In this document: piece after piece, positions 63,101-64,000 of the stretch
How the letters are laid out: each line of letters opens with the position of its first letter
Numbering within the stretch: the first letter of the stretch is position 1
Assembly: GCA_949358305.1 (NCBI GenBank)
Contig: OX442314.1
Location: 14,880,001-14,944,000 of the forward strand
DNA length: 64,000 nucleotides
Direction: 5' to 3'
DNA from: Strigamia acuminata
Lineage: Eukaryota
The notes under the pieces: generated by a model
The model's database searches: none
What the model was told of the DNA's origin: nothing
What the model saw: only the letters and a program-made list of their open reading frames with translations
Position numbers and translations under genes: made by a program

Positions 63101-63114
63101 CTTGAATCTGCCAT
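63101..63114 (-). CDS. EHBP1: Putative first coding exon portion (ATG GCA GAT TCA AG; MADS-R)
   Basis: ACA-ATG-G start context followed by an AG|GTAAAT donor. The 2-nt overhang matches the 1-nt start of the next exon and gives an open frame into the NT-C2 domain. Confidence 0.65.
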
Positions 63115-64000
63115 TGTGTAAGGCAAACTTGTATGAGGATGTATATAGTGGAGTATAAACAAGAGAAAGAAAAATACACGAGAGTACAGACTGCTTGTAT
63201 TGTCTCACTATATAGGGATTGGTTTAATGTCACTTAGGTCTGGCAAATATTCAGGAATGAAATGGCCCAAATCCAATTTCATCATTTACAAACAACCACT
63301 GCTATATTGCATTACTTCATTCAACGATTAATTAACGAAAGTCTCTCGCGTTTAGTCGACGCATTAATAAATTTATTTATTCTGCTTTAAGCTTTAAAAA
63401 ATTAAGTCGCGTTAAGTGAATTACCTTAAATTAAATTTTCTTAATAGGTAATAACACTAATGCAATATTCTCTCTGCAAATTCGCGAGTAAGAAAATATA
63501 AAAATCAATAAATTCGTGGAAAAAAAATTTGCTACCAACTCGATGGATTTTTGATTCTGTAATTATACGGTTTGGCAGTCTGGTCGTGGTTTATGTGAGC
63601 AATGTGGTTCGATTTATTCTCATAGAATTAAAGACTTGATTGCCATTTAAACCCATCAAAGCTCAAAAATGTGTTTTGTTTCCATTTGGTATCAATTGTT
63701 TGTATTGAAAATCGGTGGAATAGATGAGATATTTGATACTTACTCGTGATTTATATATTCATCTTTATATTAATCCTCCGTGGACCATTTATAGTCAAGG
63801 AGTAAAAGCAAGGCACAGCCCATCAAGTAAAACGCCAGCTGCATATCCAATATTCGCCATGTTGCCTCTGGTGGTTGTTAACCTCAAACTCAGAGATTTG
63901 ATAGAATGTTTTTATAATTTCTATTTTAAACTAAAATAATACGAATTAGTTTTTTATTTGTTTAAAACGGATAGAAATACCATCACAATTATTAAAGACA

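Larger units (their letters stand above)
1..63114 (-). other. EHBP1: EHBP1-like gene span (3'-incomplete; continues past the left edge)
   Basis: Ordered minus-strand exons give NT-C2, linker, CH domain, then LSRHEELKERAR, matching the EHBP1 architecture and my recollection of the human sequence (MASVWKRLQRV..., WPVPENIEITVTLFK, FLREGKATDEDMQS). The + strand looks A/C-skewed throughout, consistent with one minus-strand transcription unit. Confidence 0.95.

Overview
AT-rich eukaryotic (probably invertebrate) genomic DNA. Nearly the whole window is one minus-strand, multi-exon gene that I identify as an EHBP1 (EH domain-binding protein 1) orthologue, running off the left edge. I reconstructed 11 coding exons with GT-AG boundaries. 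They encode a proline-rich N-terminal extension, the NT-C2 domain (MSSVWKRLQRV...FLREGKATDEDMQS), an acidic/Ser-rich linker, the CH domain ([14 protein letters not shown]...YLYQLRAYF), an NPF-acidic motif and the start of the LSRHEELKERAR segment. Reading frames agree at every junction except across the ~41 kb intron (3885-44952). There, the upstream exon ends after 2 nt of a codon, and no acceptor near the start of the CH exon fits that phase. Direct splicing would give a C_UUA_AAG site followed by a UGA that overlaps the AUG opening the CH frame. This is the most interesting unresolved feature; a missing exon or an assembly indel is the more likely explanation. The introns carry many non-autonomous DNA transposons (two hAT MITEs with perfect 8-bp target-site duplications, several TA-flanked Tc1/pogo-like MITEs, one large foldback element), a tRNA-derived remnant, helically phased repeats and one compact multi-hairpin element. 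I found no transposase, nested gene, CRISPR array or convincing ribozyme. Most short ORFs in the track are noise. I cannot claim a demonstrated new biological system.
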